Shown in pieces: positions 50,469 through 59,871 of a stretch of 64,000 nucleotides of DNA. The translations under genes were made by a program, and so were the position numbers. The first letter of the stretch is position 1. Each line of letters starts with the position of its first letter. This stretch comes from Promethearchaeota archaeon (GTDB lineage Archaea; Asgardarchaeota; Lokiarchaeia; Sigyniarchaeales; SOKP01). The stretch spans positions 1 to 64,000 of the forward strand of contig JAUVXW010000018.1 in NCBI GenBank assembly GCA_030603385.1, in the 5' to 3' direction. The notes under the pieces were generated by a model that saw only the letters and a list, made by a program, of their open reading frames with translations, searched no databases and was not told the origin of the DNA.

Positions 50469-51395
50469 ATGGAAAACCTTTTAAAAATAATCATTAGTGG
50501 GCTCGATAACGCAGGAAAAACTTCTATATTGACAGCTTTGGATAAAAAATATGACTTTCAAAAGGATATTGTCCAACTGAAACCAACTATTAGGGTTGAA
50601 TATCATAAAATGAATTTCCTGAAGAATAATTCGATATTCTGGGACATGGGAGGACAAGATCAATACCGAGACATTTATATAAACTATCAGGATGTTTATT
50701 TCGACGCTACTGACTTACTCATCTACGTGATTGATATCCAAGATCCTGAAAGATTCGAGAACTCGCTTGAGTATTTAGATGCAATTTTAACTTTTTTTAC
50801 TGAAAGTAAAATGGATGTACCACTAATAATAACTTTTCATAAGTACGATCCTGATTTAAGAGGAAATGAAGAGATTTTAAAAGATATTGATGAACTAAGG
50901 ACGAGGATCTTGGATAATTATTCTAATTTTAAAATCCTATTTCAACAAACATCTATTTATGATATTATTTCCATTGTCCAGTTAGTATCATATGGTCTTT
51001 CTGTTTTTGACGAAAAATTCTTCGAGCTTTCTGAATTATTAGAGAATTATATAGAAGTTTTCAAGAGTCAAGCTCTACTTGTATTTGATCGAAATGGTAT
51101 TATTATTTCTGAATATTACAGTGATATAGAACCCGAAGTTTATGTTGAATTATTAGAATCAATCAAAGAACACCTATTCTTACTTAAAAGGATGGAAGAG
51201 GAATCGACATATGAATATGATCATGATATTTCTTCAATTGAGCACACGCTTTTCTCCTATTTACATAGATTGAACTTAGGATCAGAATTGTTTTTTATTT
51301 CAGCTGTAACAAAAGAAAGCCAAAAAGACGATCTATTAATAAATTTTCCAGAATTTCTTGAAGACTTAACACAGATTTTAAAAGAATTAATTTAA
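50469..51395 (+). CDS. Arf/Rag-like GTPase with C-terminal roadblock/longin-like domain
   Basis: GLDNAGKTS, PTI, WDMGGQ, HKYD, TSIYD; C-terminal LLVFDRNGIIISEY. Confidence 0.88.
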   Translation: MENLLKIIISGLDNAGKTSILTALDKKYDFQKDIVQLKPTIRVEYHKMNFLKNNSIFWDMGGQDQYRDIYINYQDVYFDATDLLIYVIDIQDPERFENSLEYLDAILTFFTESKMDVPLIITFHKYDPDLRGNEEILKDIDELRTRILDNYSNFKILFQQTSIYDIISIVQLVSYGLSVFDEKFFELSELLENYIEVFKSQALLVFDRNGIIISEYYSDIEPEVYVELLESIKEHLFLLKRMEEESTYEYDHDISSIEHTLFSYLHRLNLGSELFFISAVTKESQKDDLLINFPEFLEDLTQILKELI

Positions 51396-51404
51396 TAGAA
51401 AAAT

Positions 51405-52505
51405 TTAGTCAATCTTCAAAAGATCTTTAGCTTTGTCGATTAATTTTTCCTTTTTCTTTCGATGGTTTTCAATGAATTTTAAAACCTTTTCGATACATTC
51501 TTGTTTATGATCTCCACACATTAATTCTCCTTTAACACACATTTCAAAATCATTCGCTAATTTTTCATCATCTTCTTCAAAGTGATACATCAGAATTTTG
51601 TAAATCATGCATTTCTGAGGTTCTCCGCCTAACTCACGTTGCTCTTTCAGGTTTCTCCTTCCACCAGTTAAAGCACCCTTAATTTTTCTTTCAATTGATT
51701 CATAAGGTTCATTAAATGTAAAATAACTATTCGGATTTCTCTTAGCCATTTTTTCTGAGCCATCTATACCTGCTAATAAATAATGATATGTCGCACCTGG
51801 TAAGAAAAATTTCTTGTAGTTTCTTCGAGTTAAATCTCTAGTGAGACGTATATGTGGATCTTGATCAATACCTACTGGTACAACAGTTGGTTGTAAACCA
51901 TCTAATACTTGGGGTAAAATTATGTCACCAACTTGAATCAATGAGGAAATGTAAAGTCCAAATGTTCGTTCTCCATAAATAGCGTTTAACATATTCTGTG
52001 TGACTAACCTACTTACCTTAAAACACACGTCCTTTACAATTGGTTCTTTTGATTGTCTCCAAATATACGCCTTTTCTGGAGAAGGATCTAAACCTAGTGC
52101 TAATATATCAGCAATGTTATCGACTGCTGCCGCTTCGGCTTCATCCCATGGTATTCCATTATCTTCCCAACTTTCAATATCTGCTATTGCATAAAACGCT
52201 TTACCTCCCATTTTCTGAAATTCAACGATTTCTAAGGCTGTTGTTAGTGTTCCTAAATGGAACGGTCCGGATGGTTTAATTCCGCTCATTACAGCCCAAG
52301 GCTGTTCCTTTTCAATAGCTTTAAAAACGAGATTCAAATCACGATGGCCAAAAATTATCTTCCTTCTAATAAATCTGTTATTAAGCATTTTTTGTCTTAA
52401 CGGCTCTGTTATTTCTTCGATTCCAAACTTCTGTATGAGTTTTGAATAATCCTCATCTTCAATAGCACTTGTCCCCCATGGATCTATTTTAAAATCGTGC
52501 GTCAT
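51405..52505 (-). CDS. trpS: Tryptophanyl-tRNA synthetase (archaeal type)
   Basis: IDPWG, GIKPSGPFHLG, VPVGIDQDPHIRLTRD, KMAKR, ALTGGR. Confidence 0.96.
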   Translation of the reverse strand: MTHDFKIDPWGTSAIEDEDYSKLIQKFGIEEITEPLRQKMLNNRFIRRKIIFGHRDLNLVFKAIEKEQPWAVMSGIKPSGPFHLGTLTTALEIVEFQKMGGKAFYAIADIESWEDNGIPWDEAEAAAVDNIADILALGLDPSPEKAYIWRQSKEPIVKDVCFKVSRLVTQNMLNAIYGERTFGLYISSLIQVGDIILPQVLDGLQPTVVPVGIDQDPHIRLTRDLTRRNYKKFFLPGATYHYLLAGIDGSEKMAKRNPNSYFTFNEPYESIERKIKGALTGGRRNLKEQRELGGEPQKCMIYKILMYHFEEDDEKLANDFEMCVKGELMCGDHKQECIEKVLKFIENHRKKKEKLIDKAKDLLKID

Positions 52506-52564
52506 GCTTTTCTCCTATTTGATGTTTGATGTTAATAATAATATAATAAATAATATAATAAATT

Positions 52565-52987
52565 TTGATAAGTATGAAAAAATTTTCTAAAGAGGAAATC
52601 AGAGTTTTAATAAATTTATTAGACTTTTCGAAAATTAAAGGTGAATTAATACCAATAATAGCCCAAGATCACGAAACTAATGAAGTTTTAATGTTAGCTT
52701 TTGCCAATAAAGTAGCGATTGAAAAATCTTTAGAAACAGGATATATGCACTATTATTCAAGATCAAGGCAGAAAGTGTGGCAAAAAGGCGAAACTAGTGG
52801 ACATTTTCAAGAACTACAAGAGATATTTGTAGATTGTGATAATGATTCCATCCTGATAAAGGTAAGGCAAACTGGAGCCGCTTGTCATGAAGGATATTAT
52901 TCTTGCTTTTATAGAAATTTTAAGAATGGAAAATTTAATGAAATTAGAAAAAGAATTTTTAATCCTAAAGATGTTTATGGAAATTAA
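52565..52987 (+). CDS. hisI: Phosphoribosyl-AMP cyclohydrolase
   Basis: YYSRSR, KGETSG, DCDND, ACHEGYYSCF. Confidence 0.96.
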   Translation: MISMKKFSKEEIRVLINLLDFSKIKGELIPIIAQDHETNEVLMLAFANKVAIEKSLETGYMHYYSRSRQKVWQKGETSGHFQELQEIFVDCDNDSILIKVRQTGAACHEGYYSCFYRNFKNGKFNEIRKRIFNPKDVYGN

Positions 52988-53099
52988 ATTTAAACAATTT
53001 TCATAAAAAAAGAGATTTTTATTTAGAATTTCTAAAGTTTTATATATTTTTTACAATAAATTATATTGGTTTTAATTAAAAATCTTTTTTAGGCAAGGG

Positions 53100-53567
53100 T
53101 TGCACTCCATGAAAAAAGAGAAGGCTCTGGATGATATTGATAAGAATATTATAAGAATTCTTCAAAATGATGCGCGTACATCATATCGAGAGATTCAAGA
53201 AAGGTTAGGAATCTCGATTGGGACTATTCATAATAGAATTTCTAAATTAAGGGAATCAGGTGTTGTCCAAGGATATACCCTACGACTAAACAATGAAAAG
53301 CTAGGATATAAATTGACATTTTTAATCAGAGTTAACGTAGACGGAAAACACACAGAAGAAATATTAGAAGACCTTACAAAAATTCCTGAAGTCTGCTCTA
53401 TTTTTCATACCACGGGTGAACAATCTGCTGCATTAATCTGTAGATTTATAGATAGTGATTCAGTCCATCAGTTTATCAGAGAGTTGAATCAGAAGGAGTA
53501 TGTTACACGAACTAACTCGAATATGGTTCTGAAAGAGTATAAAAACAACTCCTACGTCAATATCTAG
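53100..53567 (+). CDS. Lrp/AsnC family transcriptional regulator
   Basis: LDDIDKNIIRILQNDARTSYREI...TIHNRISKL, TTGE. Confidence 0.94.
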   Translation: MHSMKKEKALDDIDKNIIRILQNDARTSYREIQERLGISIGTIHNRISKLRESGVVQGYTLRLNNEKLGYKLTFLIRVNVDGKHTEEILEDLTKIPEVCSIFHTTGEQSAALICRFIDSDSVHQFIRELNQKEYVTRTNSNMVLKEYKNNSYVNI

Positions 53568-53716
53568 AATGTTAATCTTTACTCTTTAGTGCCATAGATA
53601 AGTAGCTATAAAAGTCATCTTCTACCCCTTTTACCTAAAAAAAGTAAACTTTTTTTAATTTTGATCTAAAGATTTTTTGCTAACATTTTTCTCTTTTTTA
53701 ATCTATCAAGTGATTG

Positions 53717-53890
53717 TTAGACTGTCGTAATCGAATTTAACTCGTTTACAATAGTTTGTATTAATTTTTTGCCTGTAGATGTTAAAAAAATCTTTTGGGG
53801 GCGGCGGTCTTTTTCCCTTCGTATAAGGTTATCTGCTTCTAACTTTGTAAGGATGGTGGAGATTTGATTAAAGTACGAAAGTTTGCTAAA
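53717..53890 (-). pseudogene. Start-less C-terminal fragment of a MarR-like winged-helix regulator
   Basis: Reads ...QISTILTKLEADNLIRREKDRRPQKIFLTSTGKKLIQTIVNELNSITTV*; bounded upstream by an in-frame stop. Confidence 0.65.
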
Positions 53891-53935
53891 TTAGAAATTT
53901 GTAAAATCTAAAAATTAAAAAAAAAATAAATAAGG

Positions 53936-56900
53936 TTAGTCTTTAATTACTTGCTCTATAGCGTCAATTATTCTGGTAATTTCTTCAATTAAGTAATTGG
54001 CTAACTCTTCAGATACTCTCCCTTTATTAAGATCCCAATTAATTTTCGATATTATGTGTCCCAGTTTCCATTGAGTACATTTTAATAAGCATTCAATATC
54101 CTCACCCTTCGTACTCATAAAGAGCGCTTTTTCTAACATCTTTGAAGCACAATGAACTTTCCAGCTAAGATATCTACCGGAACAATATGGAATTTCTCTA
54201 TTTATCAAATCACCCAAATTCAATAAATCAACTTCTAGATAAGCGATATCATATGCTTCATCGATACCAGTAGAAGCACCCATCAAAATCACGATGTTGT
54301 TCCTAATAGAGTGTAACGCCACTATAATATAATCAGTTAGTTCTTCGCTTATTCGACAGTGTCTATTATAAATCTCAGCTCTTACCTCAGTGATTTGTAT
54401 AAAAACTTTAGCAATCTTATTATGGTATAAAGCACAGGTGATTTCGCCCTTTTCAACCAAAGTGAAAGCTTCAGCTAAATGTTCTTGGGCTTTTGAAAGT
54501 TTCCAATTAAGACATCGACTTTTTCTACAGGACAAATTCTCCTCAATATATGCCTTTAACTCCTCTATTTGCCAATCAATATGTTCATACATATCGAATA
54601 AAACATTTTTAAATGAACCAGAAATTATCGTCATCAATGAATCATTCGGTCTATCATTATCAGCATCAAAAACTTGAACCTCTAGTTGTGAATATCCTTT
54701 CTGGAAAAGCCAATTATTCGTTATAAGGAAAGTGTAGGTAGTTCCCTGCTTAATAAAACTAATCGGTTCGACAACTTCTCCATTAACATATATTATCATC
54801 TCTCCTATTTCACTCAAGTCTATTGCATTCAGTGATACATTTATTTCAAAAACATCAGGGATTATTATCAAATTTGATAATTCAGGAGGAGTAATGTCAT
54901 CATCCAGTATCTCCTGATATATTGAAACTTCTACGGTAAGTGAATCTACTAGTAAAGTTCTATCATCATCTTTATCTCTCGCGATAATAGCCAATGTATA
55001 ATATCCTAGATTAGAAGGTAAATCCCATTTTCCTGTGGGGGAACCAGGAAACGCTAATTCAAAATCTTCTGAACCATCGGTGGAACTGTATGTTATCCTA
55101 ACTTCAATTTCACTTAATCCCGAATCAACATCCCACACATTCCATTCAAAGTAGCCAGGATTATTGTCAAATCCTCCTCCGATATAATTTATCACTGCTT
55201 CAGGAGGAGTTGTATCATCATCATATATAGTAATTGATATAGACAAACTGCTTGTTAATGAATCATCAGGATTATCAGTATCATTATCTGTCGCATAAAA
55301 TTCAAAATTGTGGGTTCCAAGACTATTGGGAACTGAATAACCCCCGCTAGGATCCACAGAAAGACCAGATTCATCCCAAGCAGTTACGATGATTTCTCCA
55401 GGATTTCCATCCGTTCCATCTCCTGTATATACATAACTGATTTCGGGGTAGGATATGTCATCATCAGTAATACTCACTGAGGCTACACTCCACGCAAATT
55501 CAGGTGCGGTTGTATCATTATTCCATACTTCAACTCTAATTGTATGAGTTCCAATGTCGTTTGGAACACTGTAATACCCAAGTGCATTCCCAATATAGTT
55601 ATCATCAATAAAAATTTTAAGTTTACTTTCATTAATTCCGCTTTCTCTATCATAGGCAAATATGTCCCATTTACCAGGAAGCCCATCTGTCTTATCACCA
55701 TCTTTATATTCAATAGATATAGAGGGAGGCGTAAGATCATTATCTTCTATTAATTCGACAATAATATTTCTATATGAAATTACGTCCCTCTCAACTTCTT
55801 TAAAAATTACATCAAGAGAGTAAGCACCATAGTGGTCAGGAGTCTGACATGAATACTCTAGATAAACTGTATGTATCTCTTCGGGATTTATCATTAATTG
55901 AGTTATTTCACTTCCATCTTCATCCAAGAATTGATATGATCCGTCAAAATCTCTAACATTTAGTTCGATAGTGCTTGGAGTAGTACTATTATACAATTCA
56001 AGATAAATTTTAGCCAATTTTTCTTTGTTTGGTTCTATTCTTTGGATTTCCGAGAACTCGGGGCTTGATATTAACACATATTTGTAATTATTTTCAATTG
56101 CTTCATATTTCTTGATATTCGCATAATTATTATATGATAATAGAGTAGGATGACTGTGATTCGATATTTCTATCATCAGTTCATTTATTAGTCCAATTAA
56201 CTCATCACAGACTTGAATAGCTTGAGTCCATTCCTTTACATTTATGTGACCATCTAATTCTTGCTTTAAATCTTCTAAATTTTCAAGATCTGATTCTTCT
56301 AAGTCAGTCGGTATACTGCCATTTAAAATTAAGATATCAACATAATTAATGTTTATATTTTGAAGTTCATCTTCAAATGCATTATTACTTATTTGCGTTA
56401 GCTCTTCAGTCTCAATGTTTAGTTCCTTATAATAATCTAAAAAAGAATCTTCATTCGGATTTTCAAGATTAAATAGATTGCATTCTGAAGTATATTTAAC
56501 ATTATTTTCAATTTCCTCCAGTCGTTCTGGATCGGTAACTCCTAGAATATCCTGAAGTTCTGGTGAAATTCCATTGTTTTCAATCTCCGATTCAATGTCT
56601 AAAAAATCTTGATTTGTAAGATCCAAATCCTCGAAATCTTCTGTAAATAGGATATTTAATTCTTTAATATTATTCATGAAGTTATTGAAGAATTCCTTTT
56701 CCCTTTTTCTACTTTCAATCAAATCTTCCATTTGAAAGAGTTGCCATCCATATTCTCCGTCTTGCTCAGCGGCATTCATACGTCTCATAATTTCCTGTTG
56801 AGCTTCTCTCTCAACTGTAAGATTTGCATGAGTTTGCTGTACAAGATATATTTGTAATGAATAACGGGGATTTTCCTCAAATTTTCTCGGCAGGGTGACT

Positions 56901-59326
56901 TCATAGAACTCTCGCTCAACATGTTGGGTATAATCTCCTGCGGGAGGATCGGGGTCATCACACCTCCTTCTTGCATAATCTCGTTCTTCTTTTACTGATA
57001 TCGAAGCAATAAAACAGATTATTCCCCCTATGGCACCAATAACAGCACCGTAAGGTCCTCCAAACGTTCCAACTACACTACAAACTACGCTTGCTATATC
57101 ATAACCAATAAGATAGCCATGAAGTAGCCAAAATTCTGAGATATCAGATAGCTGTTGGGCACTTACCGTAGTAAAGATGGAAAAATCTAACTCAGTCTCA
57201 TCAATAATATCTTTATATTGATTTTGAAAGATTGGTACAGAATTAATATCATAATAGAAATCACAGTAAAACGGATTTCCGTTGGTAAAAAAGTCAACCT
57301 CATAGAAATTATACATATCGAAATTTTCTTGCATATAAAATATGTCACATACGTCCTTTATGAGCCCATAAGCATCAAATATTAATCCTACCCCACTTAT
57401 AAGCTTACCAAAACCACTCCCAATCCCTTTGATAAGTTCCTCAACACCAGATAGGGCTTTACCTAGTTCAACTACATCGTCAGCAAATCCAACCCAATCG
57501 AAAATGTCCAGTAATATCGAGCCAATCGGGTCCCAATCGGGAGGGAAGACGGGATCATCTTTTATAGAAAATAAATTTCTGTATTCTTTTTCTGAGCAAG
57601 GGTCCACTATTACGTTGATATCATCTTCTCCATTAAAGCTTAGTCGATTAGGATTTCTTCCTTCTGTATGAGCTATATTAAATTGTAGATTCTGTGTCAA
57701 TTTTAATGTTAATCTTGCTCTATTTATGAAGTTAATGCCCCAATCGATTTTTGTATATTGCGTTCGAGAATACTTGTAATACATTAGTAATGCCATTTTT
57801 TCATCTATCGGATTTTCCTTAACATTTTTAAAGCTAAATCTAATCTGTGGTCTCTCTGGTTTAATAACGCTAAATAAAGCTGTAGAATATACTTGCATTT
57901 TCTTTTGATGTTCTAACGTAAGATTTATAGTAATGAATACTTTGTAATCACCATAGACATTTTGAAATTGACTTAATAATTCAGCAGATAAAAAGGGAGT
58001 CGACCATTTTATACTATGCTTATCAACGAGAAATTCATTAGGAACAAATGTCTGATCAATATAAGTCTTGCCACCAGCAGAGGAAATGAGCTCTGTTGCA
58101 TAACTTATACAGTCTATATTTATTCTCTCCCCAAGTCCATTCACCATTTTTACTAAGAAAGCAACATCTTCTCCTTTATAAGGGTGATAGGTAATAAGAG
58201 GGTTTAATAAACTAGGATCATCTGGGTACTCGAATTCCATATCAAAACCATCAACAACAACCTCTTCTCCAATTATTCTTGCCACAGTAGTCCATTCAGT
58301 CCAATCAGACCAGAGTCGATCATTATCACGATCATTATCATAATCCTCAAACCTGCTACAAACTTCAATGGCTGAAAGTCCATGCTGAAGATATGATCTC
58401 CATCCTTTCATTGTATGAAAATTTCCCCAAAAACTTACCGTCCAATCATCTGCAGGTATTGTAAGAATATCAGTTTTTGTTAAGGTTCCATCTTCACCCC
58501 AAATGAGGTCAATAGGCGAAGGATATTCATAATCATAATAGGGGTATAACTTGAGCAGATCCCAAAACCGTTCAGGAAGATTATATAAAACATTACCACT
58601 TCCATCTAAAAATTTATATCTCCGAAGATAAGTTCTAATTCCAGTAGAATCGTCATAGTTAAATTTAATTTTTAAATTTTGATCACATTCAGGAATTGGA
58701 TTATCGTTTTTATCCTTGAAGATATATACTTTTTGATTGACTTTCTGATATTCTTCATCATATCTGAACTTTACATTAACACCTTTATAATCTGGGGCGG
58801 CTGCATCATCATCGAAAACTGTTATTGCTGCACTTTGCGATTCACGTACTTCACTTGTATGCCACAGGTCAGTCCACCCTATTTCTACCCGAAGATCACA
58901 ATCCCAAGGAGGGTTACTACTATAGGAGTCATAAAATAAACTTTCCTCGAATTCAAAGGTATAATCAAACCACTCTCCCCATACATTCCAAGCTGATTGT
59001 TTCCAGATCCAATCCCATTCTATATATAAAGCTTCACCTTCCGTTGTATGAATAAAAACCCCTACATATTTCCAGGTTGTGTCTGGTGATTTCAAATAGG
59101 CACGAACTTTTATTTTAAAATATCCATCTGTGATTATGTCGTCGTCATTCAAAATATCAAAATTCCAAGGGTCGATATTTGACGTTTTGGGTTGTTGTTC
59201 TTCCTCTACAATATCTCCTTTCTCTATTAAATCAATCTTTGGGACGTAAGAATTTGTAAGACACATACCAAATAAGACGACAAAAACTAAAGTTAAACCT
59301 TTTATTTTTTTTATAAATGTTTTCAT
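53936..59326 (-). CDS. Giant secreted/surface protein (~1,800 aa) with acidic beta-rich repeats, a central Gly-rich hydrophobic region and two C-terminal helical repeats
   Basis: Signal-like MKTFIKKIKGLTLVFVVLFGMCL after GGTGA; repeats D(D/N)DxTPP...DxxSG...DxDxDRxxDSL. Confidence 0.85.
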   Translation of the reverse strand: MKTFIKKIKGLTLVFVVLFGMCLTNSYVPKIDLIEKGDIVEEEQQPKTSNIDPWNFDILNDDDIITDGYFKIKVRAYLKSPDTTWKYVGVFIHTTEGEALYIEWDWIWKQSAWNVWGEWFDYTFEFEESLFYDSYSSNPPWDCDLRVEIGWTDLWHTSEVRESQSAAITVFDDDAAAPDYKGVNVKFRYDEEYQKVNQKVYIFKDKNDNPIPECDQNLKIKFNYDDSTGIRTYLRRYKFLDGSGNVLYNLPERFWDLLKLYPYYDYEYPSPIDLIWGEDGTLTKTDILTIPADDWTVSFWGNFHTMKGWRSYLQHGLSAIEVCSRFEDYDNDRDNDRLWSDWTEWTTVARIIGEEVVVDGFDMEFEYPDDPSLLNPLITYHPYKGEDVAFLVKMVNGLGERINIDCISYATELISSAGGKTYIDQTFVPNEFLVDKHSIKWSTPFLSAELLSQFQNVYGDYKVFITINLTLEHQKKMQVYSTALFSVIKPERPQIRFSFKNVKENPIDEKMALLMYYKYSRTQYTKIDWGINFINRARLTLKLTQNLQFNIAHTEGRNPNRLSFNGEDDINVIVDPCSEKEYRNLFSIKDDPVFPPDWDPIGSILLDIFDWVGFADDVVELGKALSGVEELIKGIGSGFGKLISGVGLIFDAYGLIKDVCDIFYMQENFDMYNFYEVDFFTNGNPFYCDFYYDINSVPIFQNQYKDIIDETELDFSIFTTVSAQQLSDISEFWLLHGYLIGYDIASVVCSVVGTFGGPYGAVIGAIGGIICFIASISVKEERDYARRRCDDPDPPAGDYTQHVEREFYEVTLPRKFEENPRYSLQIYLVQQTHANLTVEREAQQEIMRRMNAAEQDGEYGWQLFQMEDLIESRKREKEFFNNFMNNIKELNILFTEDFEDLDLTNQDFLDIESEIENNGISPELQDILGVTDPERLEEIENNVKYTSECNLFNLENPNEDSFLDYYKELNIETEELTQISNNAFEDELQNININYVDILILNGSIPTDLEESDLENLEDLKQELDGHINVKEWTQAIQVCDELIGLINELMIEISNHSHPTLLSYNNYANIKKYEAIENNYKYVLISSPEFSEIQRIEPNKEKLAKIYLELYNSTTPSTIELNVRDFDGSYQFLDEDGSEITQLMINPEEIHTVYLEYSCQTPDHYGAYSLDVIFKEVERDVISYRNIIVELIEDNDLTPPSISIEYKDGDKTDGLPGKWDIFAYDRESGINESKLKIFIDDNYIGNALGYYSVPNDIGTHTIRVEVWNNDTTAPEFAWSVASVSITDDDISYPEISYVYTGDGTDGNPGEIIVTAWDESGLSVDPSGGYSVPNSLGTHNFEFYATDNDTDNPDDSLTSSLSISITIYDDDTTPPEAVINYIGGGFDNNPGYFEWNVWDVDSGLSEIEVRITYSSTDGSEDFELAFPGSPTGKWDLPSNLGYYTLAIIARDKDDDRTLLVDSLTVEVSIYQEILDDDITPPELSNLIIIPDVFEINVSLNAIDLSEIGEMIIYVNGEVVEPISFIKQGTTYTFLITNNWLFQKGYSQLEVQVFDADNDRPNDSLMTIISGSFKNVLFDMYEHIDWQIEELKAYIEENLSCRKSRCLNWKLSKAQEHLAEAFTLVEKGEITCALYHNKIAKVFIQITEVRAEIYNRHCRISEELTDYIIVALHSIRNNIVILMGASTGIDEAYDIAYLEVDLLNLGDLINREIPYCSGRYLSWKVHCASKMLEKALFMSTKGEDIECLLKCTQWKLGHIISKINWDLNKGRVSEELANYLIEEITRIIDAIEQVIKD

Positions 59327-59365
59327 TTCAATTTCACCAAAAATAGTTAGATAAAAATTATTCAA

Positions 59366-59392
59366 TTAAGTATTTAACAGTTAAGTATTTAA
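59366..59392. repeat. 12-bp direct repeat TTAAGTATTTAA x2 upstream of the giant gene
   Basis: Copies at 59366-59377 and 59381-59392. Confidence 0.6.
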
Positions 59393-59558
59393 TATTTACG
59401 AAAGAAAGTAATTATTTATAATAAGATTGGAAGGGCAATCAATCTTGTATATAGATTTTAAATCATTAAGGAGTTATTTTAACTCTCTTCCATTTTTTTT
59501 CTAAGTAATGAAATTGCAATGGCACTGCTTACTTGCTGTTTTTGGATAAAATCAATAA

Positions 59559-59830
59559 GGAGATGAGAAAGGTAAAAGATATTATGCGGTTAAATTAACA
59601 TTAAAGGGAGTCGCTTATGTTGAGACTGAATATGCTAAAGTAAATCCAAGTACTATTTTTAATAAAAATTCTACACCTATTTCTTTTTCTGATGAATTTA
59701 CCCAAGACCTTAATAAAAACTTGAATACTCTATTTGAGAAATTTCCAGATCTCACCCAAAAAGAAATATTCTTAGTAATTTTAGAAAACTTTTTTTATTT
59801 TTATGACTTAGAGATCTTTATATATATTTT
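59559..59830 (+). pseudogene. Possible gene remnant, frame bounded by an upstream stop (wHTH wing-like KRYYAVKLTLKG)
   Basis: About 90 open codons after a TAA, protein-like composition. Confidence 0.35.
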
Positions 59831-59871
59831 AAATTTTAAATTCTTAAAAAAACATAAAATCGTGAAAAAAT

